The translations under genes were made by a program, and so were the position numbers. From a virus (lineage: Duplodnaviria > Caudoviricetes), in IMG/VR virus record IMGVR_UViG_3300006169_000087, positions 1 through 39,428 of that record: a stretch of DNA of 39,428 nucleotides; one strand, 5' to 3'. The first letter of the stretch is position 1. Each line of letters begins with the position of its first letter. The notes under the pieces were generated by a model. The model ran no database searches, was not told the DNA's origin, and saw only the letters and a list, made by a program, of their open reading frames with translations. This document shows, piece by piece, positions 1 to 6,924 of the stretch.

Positions 1-332
1 AGGTCGGCGATGGACAGACCCTCACTCGTCTCCAGGTCCAGCGCGGGCCGGAGGTCGCCCGGCTTCGGAGACGCCACCTTCAGGAAGCGAGTCGCCTCAG
101 CCTTGGCGTCGCCACGCTCGGCCCTGGCGAAGTGGTACGCGCCGAACGGGAGCCCGGCCTTCCTCGCCTCCTCGCGACGACGGGCGTAGTTGGAGTCGGT
201 GAACGAGTCACCCTCCGTCGCCTTGTGGTAGAGCCAGAGCAGTCCGCGCTTCTTGGCCCCGGCCATGTCGATCTTGCCACTCTGGTGGTGGGAGATGTCG
301 ACGCCGTGCACCTTCCTGGGCGTGGTCGCCAT
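1..332 (-). CDS. GH25 family muramidase (endolysin/lysozyme), 3' end outside the window
   Basis: Manual translation from the ATG at 332 (absent from the ORF track): MATTPRKVHGVDISHHQSG...YHKATEGDSFTD...PFGAYHFAR...PALDLE. These are the GH25 motifs GvDiS-hQ, KATEG, GAYHF and DxE. Upstream RBS GGAAGGA. Confidence 0.9.
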   Translation of the reverse strand, partial: MATTPRKVHGVDISHHQSGKIDMAGAKKRGLLWLYHKATEGDSFTDSNYARRREEARKAGLPFGAYHFARAERGDAKAEATRFLKVASPKPGDLRPALDLETSEGLSIAD

Positions 333-333
333 G

Positions 334-636
334 TCAGTCCTTCCGGTTGATTGCTTCGATCGCCGACATCGTGTCGGGGTCTGGAGCCCACAGCGGACCC
401 ATGCACTCCAGGATAGCCTGTCCGATGTCCTTGAACGAGGTACGGCTCTCCAGCATCTCCCGGATCTCTCCGAGACGAACGCGCTGCTCGTCGGTCGCGT
501 CCCGGACGGCGGCACCGAAGAGATAGACGATCGTCATCGCCCCGGCCATCGCGTCGGTGGTCGCCTCGGTCTCCCGGAAGTCGGGAGGGACGACGTGCTC
601 GCGGAAGCCCTTGTACTTCTCCGTAGGCTCACGCAT
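334..636 (-). CDS. hypothetical protein
   Basis: Starts MREPTEKYKGF; overlaps the stop of the upstream gene and abuts the GH25 start. Confidence 0.65.
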   Translation of the reverse strand: MREPTEKYKGFREHVVPPDFRETEATTDAMAGAMTIVYLFGAAVRDATDEQRVRLGEIREMLESRTSFKDIGQAILECMGPLWAPDPDTMSAIEAINRKD

Positions 637-841
637 CGGTCGTGCTCCCCGGCCTGACCAACTCGGCCAACTCGACGAGAGCGTCGTTGGCGTCGCGCCG
701 GTACTGGGCCTGGAGTGACGACAGGTCCTCGTACCCTGCATCCTCCATCGCCCGCTTGACCTGCGCTACGTTGTCCGCGAGTCGGTTGTTCCGCTCGTAC
801 GTGTCCAGCAGATCCTGGATCGCGATCGGGTCGGCAGCCAT
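629..841 (-). CDS. hypothetical protein (helical, 70 aa)
   Basis: ORF with GAGGAG RBS, packed in the minus-strand operon. Confidence 0.7.
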   Translation of the reverse strand: MAADPIAIQDLLDTYERNNRLADNVAQVKRAMEDAGYEDLSSLQAQYRRDANDALVELAELVRPGSTTDA

Positions 842-844
842 CGT

Positions 845-1258
845 CTACTCCTCGTGCTCTACGAAGTCGATGGGCGGGAGGTCCGCGCCATCGTCAGTGG
901 GCGTGGTGGAGAACCCGGCGGTGAAGCGAGGGTCGTCGCTGTCGTCCACCTCCACCACCTCGAACTTGGACGGATCCTGGCCGGGGAGCAGGGAGTCGGG
1001 GCGAGGGTGCACGGTGGGCTCCTGGTTGTTGGTGGGCTGGGAGTCACCCACGAGGTCGGGGTGCTCCTTGAACAGAGCAGCACGGGCCTCGGCGACCCGA
1101 GCCTGTGCGTCCCTCACGTCGTCCTGTGCCAGGTTGAGGGCCAGGCGTGCAGCCTCCTCCTGGCCACGGGCCTGGGCCAGCGCACCCAGCGCATCGTCCA
1201 CCTGCTGGGCGAGGTCCACCACGGACCGGCGCAGGAGCCTGTCCACGATCTTGCTCAC
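845..1258 (-). CDS. hypothetical coiled-coil protein with acidic tail
   Basis: GTG start overlapping the upstream TGA (GTGA); heptad Ala/Leu pattern. Confidence 0.65.
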   Translation of the reverse strand: MSKIVDRLLRRSVVDLAQQVDDALGALAQARGQEEAARLALNLAQDDVRDAQARVAEARAALFKEHPDLVGDSQPTNNQEPTVHPRPDSLLPGQDPSKFEVVEVDDSDDPRFTAGFSTTPTDDGADLPPIDFVEHEE

Positions 1259-1515
1259 GACTTGGGAGCCAGCGCGGCAGCGATCTCCTCGCCAGCCTTG
1301 CGGACCATGGACGCGATGCGGGCACCGACCCTGCCAGCCAGCACGGCCTTGTTGTCGTCGGCCTCCCACTCGCTGACGAACTGCTTGGCCAGGACCTCGT
1401 GGCTCCGGGTGTCTGCACCCTCGCCCTGGTCGCTGGCCACGAGACCCTGGGAGTCCAGCCACTCGCTGTACGCCAGCAGGGTGTCCTCCGTGGTCATCAC
1501 GTTGTCGTTGGCCAT
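1255..1515 (-). CDS. hypothetical protein
   Basis: Starts MANDNVMTTE with a strong RBS, AGAAGGAGGAACCGAG-ATG. Confidence 0.75.
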   Translation of the reverse strand: MANDNVMTTEDTLLAYSEWLDSQGLVASDQGEGADTRSHEVLAKQFVSEWEADDNKAVLAGRVGARIASMVRKAGEEIAAALAPKS

Positions 1516-1537
1516 CTCGGTTCCTCCTTCTCTAGAC

Positions 1538-1582
1538 ACGAACGACCCCCAGCCTACCGCTCGTTGGCTGGGGGTCGTTCGT
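1538..1582 (-). terminator. intrinsic terminator-like hairpin
   Basis: Perfect 17-bp inverted repeat ACGAACGACCCCCAGCC / GGCTGGGGGTCGTTCGT with an 11-nt loop, intergenic. Confidence 0.65.
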
Positions 1583-1589
1583 CGTCGTG

Positions 1590-1740
1590 GAGATGCGCAG
1601 GTACTCCCAGCGGGGAGCCTTCAGTGAGGAGGAGGGCCATGAGTCCCTATGCACTGTTGACGCTGGTCACCACAACTCGGCAGGTGCGTGTAGGTGCCAC
1701 CACCGGAAGACCCGGCGGCGACACACGAGGCACCGTGCTG
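1590..1740 (-). ncRNA. candidate structured non-coding RNA
   Basis: About 250-nt gap with a -10-like TACGAT (1746-1751, minus strand), two nested stem domains and a downstream terminator. The first domain has G-U pairs that form only on the minus strand. Confidence 0.4.
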
Positions 1741-1767
1741 TCCACATCGTACGCTCTCTGAAGTAGA

Positions 1768-2226
1768 TCACCCGAGCATCTCCCTCTCCTCGGCAGTGGG
1801 CTCGTGGGGAGCCAGGCCGAACGGATCGTTGAGGATCTTGCGGACGAGGGTCTCCACCGGGTCCTCGGCCGCGACCTCGATCTTGTCAGGCACCTTGCCC
1901 ATCGTCCGCTCGATGATCGCCTGGGCTGCGCGGAGACGGACGGCGTCGTCCAGGCTCTCGCTCGCGAGTTCAACGAGGGTACCGATGCCCTTCTGCAGCA
2001 GGGCCTCCTGCAACTTGGACTGCGCCCGGCTCAGCCACTCCCGCTTCATCGCCTGGACGAGTTCGGTGGGCAGCATCGTCGGCGGACGACCACGGAAGGT
2101 CCCGTCAGACGACCGCAGACGACCTCGCGCCAACTCCTCGTCGTCGAGATCCTCCACCGTGATCTCCCCGGCGAGGAACGCAGCGTACCGGCCCGTCACC
2201 CGGTAGTTCCTGTCGTGCTCTGCCAT
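1768..2226 (-). CDS. probable terminase small subunit
   Basis: Starts MAEHDRNY with RBS GAGGAGAG. Contains 'DLDDEELARG..RssDGtFrGRPP' and a C-terminal 'VRLRAAQAIIERTMGK', as in actinophage small terminases. First large gene of the leftward arm. Confidence 0.6.
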   Translation of the reverse strand: MAEHDRNYRVTGRYAAFLAGEITVEDLDDEELARGRLRSSDGTFRGRPPTMLPTELVQAMKREWLSRAQSKLQEALLQKGIGTLVELASESLDDAVRLRAAQAIIERTMGKVPDKIEVAAEDPVETLVRKILNDPFGLAPHEPTAEEREMLG

Positions 2227-2327
2227 CGTTTCTCTCCTCGATTCTGATCCCCGGCTGCCGCCGGTGTGCAGGACGAGCGTCCGTCTCACCGTCTCTGAGG
2301 TAGAGAAGACGTCCTCTCGTCGACGTT

Positions 2328-2426
2328 CTACTTGGTCTGCTTCTTCCCGAAGATGGACCGCCTGGTCCTCCGGTTCTTCCGGAGACGACGATCCTTCTTC
2401 GTTCCCTTGCTGGGCTTCCCACCCAC
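2328..2426 (-). CDS. very small basic protein (32 aa)
   Basis: Manual translation MGGKPSKGTKKDRRLRKNRRTRRSIFGKKQTK*; GTG start with a GAGGGAG RBS. Confidence 0.55.
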   Translation of the reverse strand: MGGKPSKGTKKDRRLRKNRRTRRSIFGKKQTK

Positions 2427-2429
2427 GAT

Positions 2430-2594
2430 CTACCACTCCCTCTTGGGCTGGGTCTGGTCCGGGCCGGACGTAGCGTCCGCCGGGTCGGTGCCGTAGATGA
2501 GGCGGACCTCTTCCTTCGGCTTGGGCTTGTGCGGCGCAGGCTGAATGCCCTGCGTCTTGTGGGTGTCGCTCCCACCGTACTCAGACGGCTTCAT
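2430..2594 (-). CDS. hypothetical protein (54 aa)
   Basis: MKPSEYGG..., RBS GGGAGACAGG; its stop lies just before the next gene. Confidence 0.5.
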   Translation of the reverse strand: MKPSEYGGSDTHKTQGIQPAPHKPKPKEEVRLIYGTDPADATSGPDQTQPKREW

Positions 2595-2779
2595 GTCCTG
2601 TCTCCCGGCCTCTCGTGCTGTGGGCGGGCCATCCACCCACACCCCCATCATACGGGCTGGAGAACGAGGAGGGAAGGGGAACCTGTTCTACCCGGTGCCT
2701 GGCGAGCCGGGCTGCCTCGTCCGGCACCTCGAGCCGAGGGACTGACGAGCCGAGGACGTGCAGCCATACAGGTCGTCCG

Positions 2780-3175
2780 TCTTGACGTTAGGTGGGCGTA
2801 AGACCGGCTGGCGTAATCATCCCGTAAGTTGCCTGATTCAACTAACGCATTCGTCCGTTGATCAGGCGTTAGTCGTTAGTCATCGCCCGCGAGTACCTTC
2901 TGACGGTTTAGAGGGGCGAGAGGGTATGGAAAGCCGCATAACCGCTGATCAGCGTGAGGGCCGCTGGTGTGCTCGGCTTGAGGGCCGCTGAGGGTACGTT
3001 AGAGGGTACTAGAGGGCCGATCGCCTGGTTTTCTGCGAACGAGGCGTTATTTGATCGCGATAACCCGTTATTTGACAACTAACGGCAAGAGACTCCTATG
3101 CTGGGGCGAGATCTACCCCTCAGATACCCTCTAACGGCACCCAGCAGAACTAAGAAGGTTAGATACACTAACGCT
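2780..3175. repeat. non-coding divergence region with clustered CGTTAG/CTAACG, GAGGG and CGTTATTTGA repeats (origin or packaging site candidate)
   Basis: CGTTAG at 2786, 2867, 2874 and 2997; CTAACG at 2842, 3079, 3131 and 3168; TGAGGGCCGCTG twice; CGTTATTTGA twice. Lower GC than the flanks; lies between the two divergent arms. Confidence 0.5.
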
Positions 3176-3275
3176 TACTCTCGCGTATCTCATGATGCAC
3201 ATACACCCCCCATGAATCCCCCCGATCTCGACGTTCTGGCACCACAGTCGACGCCGACGCGCTAGACTGGGCGGC

Positions 3276-3521
3276 ATGCCCGATCCCCACCAGCACTCCG
3301 ACCGAGTGAACCGTCTGCTGCAATTCCAGCGAGGTCAGGTCGGCGACAGGCCGGAGATCCGGGACTACGACGTCGGCCTCTCCGTCCCACAGGAGCGGGC
3401 ACTGGAGCGGGTCCAGCACGCCAACACCCTGCTGGAGAAGTCGCCTCCTGGCCACCCGTACCGGACGACCCGAGTCCAGCGAGCGATCCGGGCCGTCGAC
3501 CGCTTCCTCGAACTGACCTAG
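3276..3521 (+). CDS. hypothetical protein
   Basis: ORF with phage-like codon usage; first gene of the plus arm. Confidence 0.55.
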   Translation: MPDPHQHSDRVNRLLQFQRGQVGDRPEIRDYDVGLSVPQERALERVQHANTLLEKSPPGHPYRTTRVQRAIRAVDRFLELT

Positions 3522-3785
3522 CGCGCACCCCGACGATCAGGTACCCTCGGTCCCATGCCCCACGCCGAGACCACCGCACTGCCCCGGACGCTGCGCCGCG
3601 CCGTCCGGGCCGGAAGCCGTGTGGCAGCGCTGGTCGGGGAAGACCACCCGGCGTGGGGCGTCTCCCCTCTTCGGTGCCGGGTGTGAGTGGTCCTACCCGG
3701 ACCCAGCAAACTTCCCGCCTCACCCGGCACCGTCGATCTCGGCACGTGGGCTCCTTCCCCGGCTCACGTGCCGTACGCTTGAGGT

Positions 3786-3983
3786 ATGGAACCGACCAAG
3801 TGCAACCACACCTACACCACCCTCGGCAACCGGGTCTTCCGGTGCGATGCCGCTCCACACCCGACCCGACCGACTGAGCACTACTTCGTTCGGGACGAGG
3901 CGGAGCAGGACCGCCGGAACGCCGAGCAGAGGAACCGTGCCCGGCGCAACGGACTCATCGTGATCCCCGGAGAACGTCGATGA
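3786..3983 (+). CDS. hypothetical protein (Cys/His-containing)
   Basis: Stop overlaps the VRR-NUC start (ATGA). Confidence 0.6.
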   Translation: MEPTKCNHTYTTLGNRVFRCDAAPHPTRPTEHYFVRDEAEQDRRNAEQRNRARRNGLIVIPGERR

Positions 3984-4330
3984 GCCAGAAGGATCGCCGG
4001 GGCCGCGCCCATCTCGAGTCCGAGTTGGAGGCGTTCTTCGTCAAGCGCGTGCGCATGCTCGGAGGCCGGGCCTTCAAGTTCGTGCCGCTCGTGGCCGGGG
4101 TGCCTGACCGCATCGTCTTCTGGCCGGACGGGCGCACTTTCCTCGTCGAGTTGAAGCAGGAGGGGGAGAAGCCGGAGCCGATCCAGGAGGTCTGGCACTC
4201 CCGCTTCGCTGCGATGGGGCATCCCGTCGTCGTCATCGACACCCGCGCCGGTGTGTTGGAGTGGCTCCGCAAGGTCGTGGACTCCAGCCCTCTCGACAGC
4301 AAGTCCACCCTCCGCCGCGCAGCCAGGTAG
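3980..4330 (+). CDS. VRR-NUC domain nuclease (Holliday junction resolvase-like)
   Basis: ESELE...GG.AFKF....AGVPDRIV...G..FLVELK....KP...Q: PD-(D/E)xK VRR-NUC pattern. Confidence 0.9.
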   Translation: MSQKDRRGRAHLESELEAFFVKRVRMLGGRAFKFVPLVAGVPDRIVFWPDGRTFLVELKQEGEKPEPIQEVWHSRFAAMGHPVVVIDTRAGVLEWLRKVVDSSPLDSKSTLRRAAR

Positions 4331-4370
4331 GCTGGGCTGTCCCAGACCGCTCTTACATGGAGGAACCGCC

Positions 4371-4592
4371 ATGCCTGACTCCCCGGAAGCCGAGTACATC
4401 ACTCACGGCGACCCGTACTCCGACCCTCCCCGTGCCCGCGAGTGCACCACCTGTGGCGCTCTGGTCGCCAACGAGGCTCTGCACTCGATGTTCCACGCCG
4501 CGATCGAGGAGTCGCTCACCCTGGGTGCCACCGTCCTCTCGGAGTTGACCCCGGCCCCGAAGCCCTCACGTCCGATGGGAGCGTGGGAGTGA
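4371..4592 (+). CDS. hypothetical protein, CxxC...HxxxH metal-binding
   Basis: RBS GGAGGAACCGCC-ATG; CTTCGALV...HSMFH. Confidence 0.7.
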   Translation: MPDSPEAEYITHGDPYSDPPRARECTTCGALVANEALHSMFHAAIEESLTLGATVLSELTPAPKPSRPMGAWE

Positions 4593-4972
4593 TGGCGCTG
4601 CCTTCTGCATCCTGGGGCTGGGAGGGTCCTCGTGTGACCCCGTTCTCCCGCATCGACCTGGACGGGCACCCGGCCTTCGACGAGTGCCTGGACACGATGA
4701 ACGTCGAACTCGAGGAGGCCGTGCTCGTCATCCGTGGCAAGCACCAGGGCCAGGACGTCGAGTTCCAGATCGGCTCCCTGCGGACCGAGGGTCCCAACAA
4801 CGGGATGGTCGTCATCCACCGGGCCGAGTACACCGACCTCTTCCATGGCGGCAGCGCCACTCGCATCGCCCGGTACTCCCAGGACGAGTATCGTCTGCTG
4901 CTCGACTGCGAACTCCAGCCGGACAAGAACGGCCACGCCTTCACCATCCGGATGCACGAGGAGCAGCGCTGA
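4592..4972 (+). CDS. hypothetical protein
   Basis: TGATG overlaps at both ends. Confidence 0.65.
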   Translation: MALPSASWGWEGPRVTPFSRIDLDGHPAFDECLDTMNVELEEAVLVIRGKHQGQDVEFQIGSLRTEGPNNGMVVIHRAEYTDLFHGGSATRIARYSQDEYRLLLDCELQPDKNGHAFTIRMHEEQR

Positions 4973-5172
4973 TGTCGTTCATCGCGAAGTACCGGAGTGA
5001 GTGTGCGGAGTGTGGCCTGACGATCCAGAAGGGGGACGAGGCGAAGTTCGTCGCCTTCGACGAGGTCGTCCACGTCAACTGCCCGTCGGACACCACGACC
5101 ATCCAGCGTGAGGTCTGCCCCAACTGCTTCTGTGAGGTGCCGGTCAACCGGAAGTGCGACTGCCGTGACTGA
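4972..5172 (+). CDS. small Zn-binding protein
   Basis: AKYRSECAECG...HVNC...CPNCF...CDC. Confidence 0.7.
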   Translation: MSFIAKYRSECAECGLTIQKGDEAKFVAFDEVVHVNCPSDTTTIQREVCPNCFCEVPVNRKCDCRD

Positions 5173-6571
5173 GCCGTGCCCCACCTGCCCCAGCGGCCAC
5201 GCCGTTGGCTCCCTCCACGACTACCAGGGCACCGCTCGGGACTTCCTCCAGGGCCGAGACGGCGGACTAGCGCTCATGCTTGACATGGGCCTGGGCAAGA
5301 CCGCGTCGGTCCTCTCGGCCCTGGAGGACCGCCATCTCCCGGCCCTCGTCGTTGCCCCCAAGCGGGTGGCGGAGGAGGTTTGGGATGTGGAGGTTGGCAA
5401 GTGGGCCTCCCACCTGTCGGTCTCGGTGGCTGCGGGCACCCCCAAGCAGCGCCGACGTGCTCTGGAGGCTGGGGCCGACGTCACCGTCATCGGCCGCGAC
5501 AACCTGCGCGACGTGGACGACGTGTTCCTCCGCCCTAAGACCTTCGTCGTGGACGAACTCTCTGGGTACAAGAACGGCGGACGCAACGGCTCGGTGCGGT
5601 GGAAGACGGCCCGGCGGCTCATCAGCGACCGGAAGATCAACCACGTGTGGGGTCTCACCGGGACGCCTGCCCCGAACGGGTACCTAGACCTCTGGGGTCA
5701 GATCGGTCTCCTGGACGGCGGGGAGCGGCTCGGCCGGAACCTCACCGGGTACCGGACCCGCTACTTCTTCCCGAGCCAGACGATCTGGAACGGCAAGCGT
5801 GAGGTCGAGGTCGGCTGGACGCTCCGGGAGGGTGCGGACGAGCGCATCAAGGAGTTGATCGAGGACATCTGCCTGGCCATGAAGACGGACGGGAGGATCC
5901 ACCTGCCGGACACCACGTTCAACAACGTGGACGTCGTCCTCCCTCCCAAGGTGCGCGACGCCTACCGGGAGTTCGCGGCCGAGTTGTGCGTGAACCTGGA
6001 GGACCTGTTCGGCGGGGAGACGCACACCGCTGCCAACGCAGCCACCCTGACGGCCCGGCTGTCCCAGATGACCGCCGGGTTCCTGTACGTCGACGACGCG
6101 GACCTGCGGAACTATGAACACACCATCCTCCACGAGGAGAAGATGAAGGCGCTCGAGGAGATCATGGACTCGCCCCGCGAGGGTGGCGTCCTGGTCGGGT
6201 ACCGCTTCACCGCCGAGCGCGACATGATCCTCCGCCACTTCAAGGACGTCGCCCACACCGTGGACGAGCCCGGCGTCATCAAGGCGTGGAACCGTGGCGA
6301 GATCCCGATGCTGGTGTCCCACCCGGCCTCGGTCGGCCACGGACTCAACCTCCAGGACGGAGGCCACACCATCGTGTGGACGTCCCCCACCTGGGACCTC
6401 GAGTTGTGGGATCAGTTCAACAAGCGGCTCGCTCGACAGGGGCAGAAGCACCCCGTCGTCATCCACGTGCTGCTCGCCAAGAAGACGGTGGACCACCTCA
6501 TCCGCCGCCGCACCGATGAGAAGTCCGACACCCAGCAGGACCTGCTGGCCTTCCTGGAGAGTCCGATCTGA
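5165..6571 (+). CDS. SNF2-family (SF2) DNA helicase
   Basis: LHDYQ, DMGLGKT (Walker A), VVDELS (Walker B), GLTGTPAPNG, HPASVGHGLNLQ, QFNKRLARQGQ. Confidence 0.95.
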   Translation: MTEPCPTCPSGHAVGSLHDYQGTARDFLQGRDGGLALMLDMGLGKTASVLSALEDRHLPALVVAPKRVAEEVWDVEVGKWASHLSVSVAAGTPKQRRRALEAGADVTVIGRDNLRDVDDVFLRPKTFVVDELSGYKNGGRNGSVRWKTARRLISDRKINHVWGLTGTPAPNGYLDLWGQIGLLDGGERLGRNLTGYRTRYFFPSQTIWNGKREVEVGWTLREGADERIKELIEDICLAMKTDGRIHLPDTTFNNVDVVLPPKVRDAYREFAAELCVNLEDLFGGETHTAANAATLTARLSQMTAGFLYVDDADLRNYEHTILHEEKMKALEEIMDSPREGGVLVGYRFTAERDMILRHFKDVAHTVDEPGVIKAWNRGEIPMLVSHPASVGHGLNLQDGGHTIVWTSPTWDLELWDQFNKRLARQGQKHPVVIHVLLAKKTVDHLIRRRTDEKSDTQQDLLAFLESPI

Positions 6572-6924
6572 TGCCTGACCTGGAGCACCCCACCCTCTGC
6601 CGCCTCGAGTACCTGACCCGCAAGGGATGGGTCGTCGGCCACGCCGCCATGAACCTTCTCCATCCCGAGCGTTACCCGGAGCGGCTGGCCGCCAACGGTA
6701 AGATCGGTCGGGTCACTGTGCTGGACGACACGCTCCAGCCGACGGGGACGACCTACGAGTCTCCCCTCCATGCTGACCCGGAGGACCTGCCGGAGTCCGT
6801 GCTCGAGAGGTTGGTGTACAGGAACGTGGGCAACCCCAAGGTGCCGGTGTTGAAGGCTGAGGACGAGGAGTGTGGGTTCTGCCTCGGCACCCTGTGTGAC
6901 GGCGACGGGACGTGCTTGCTGTGA
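6571..6924 (+). CDS. hypothetical protein with Cys-rich C-terminus
   Basis: Translationally coupled between the helicase and the primase. Confidence 0.7.
   Translation: MPDLEHPTLCRLEYLTRKGWVVGHAAMNLLHPERYPERLAANGKIGRVTVLDDTLQPTGTTYESPLHADPEDLPESVLERLVYRNVGNPKVPVLKAEDEECGFCLGTLCDGDGTCLL

Noticed and set aside
2227-2436. N-terminal extension of the terminase small subunit (222 aa)
   Set aside because: A strong RBS precedes the ATG at 2226, and a separate small basic ORF occupies 2328-2426
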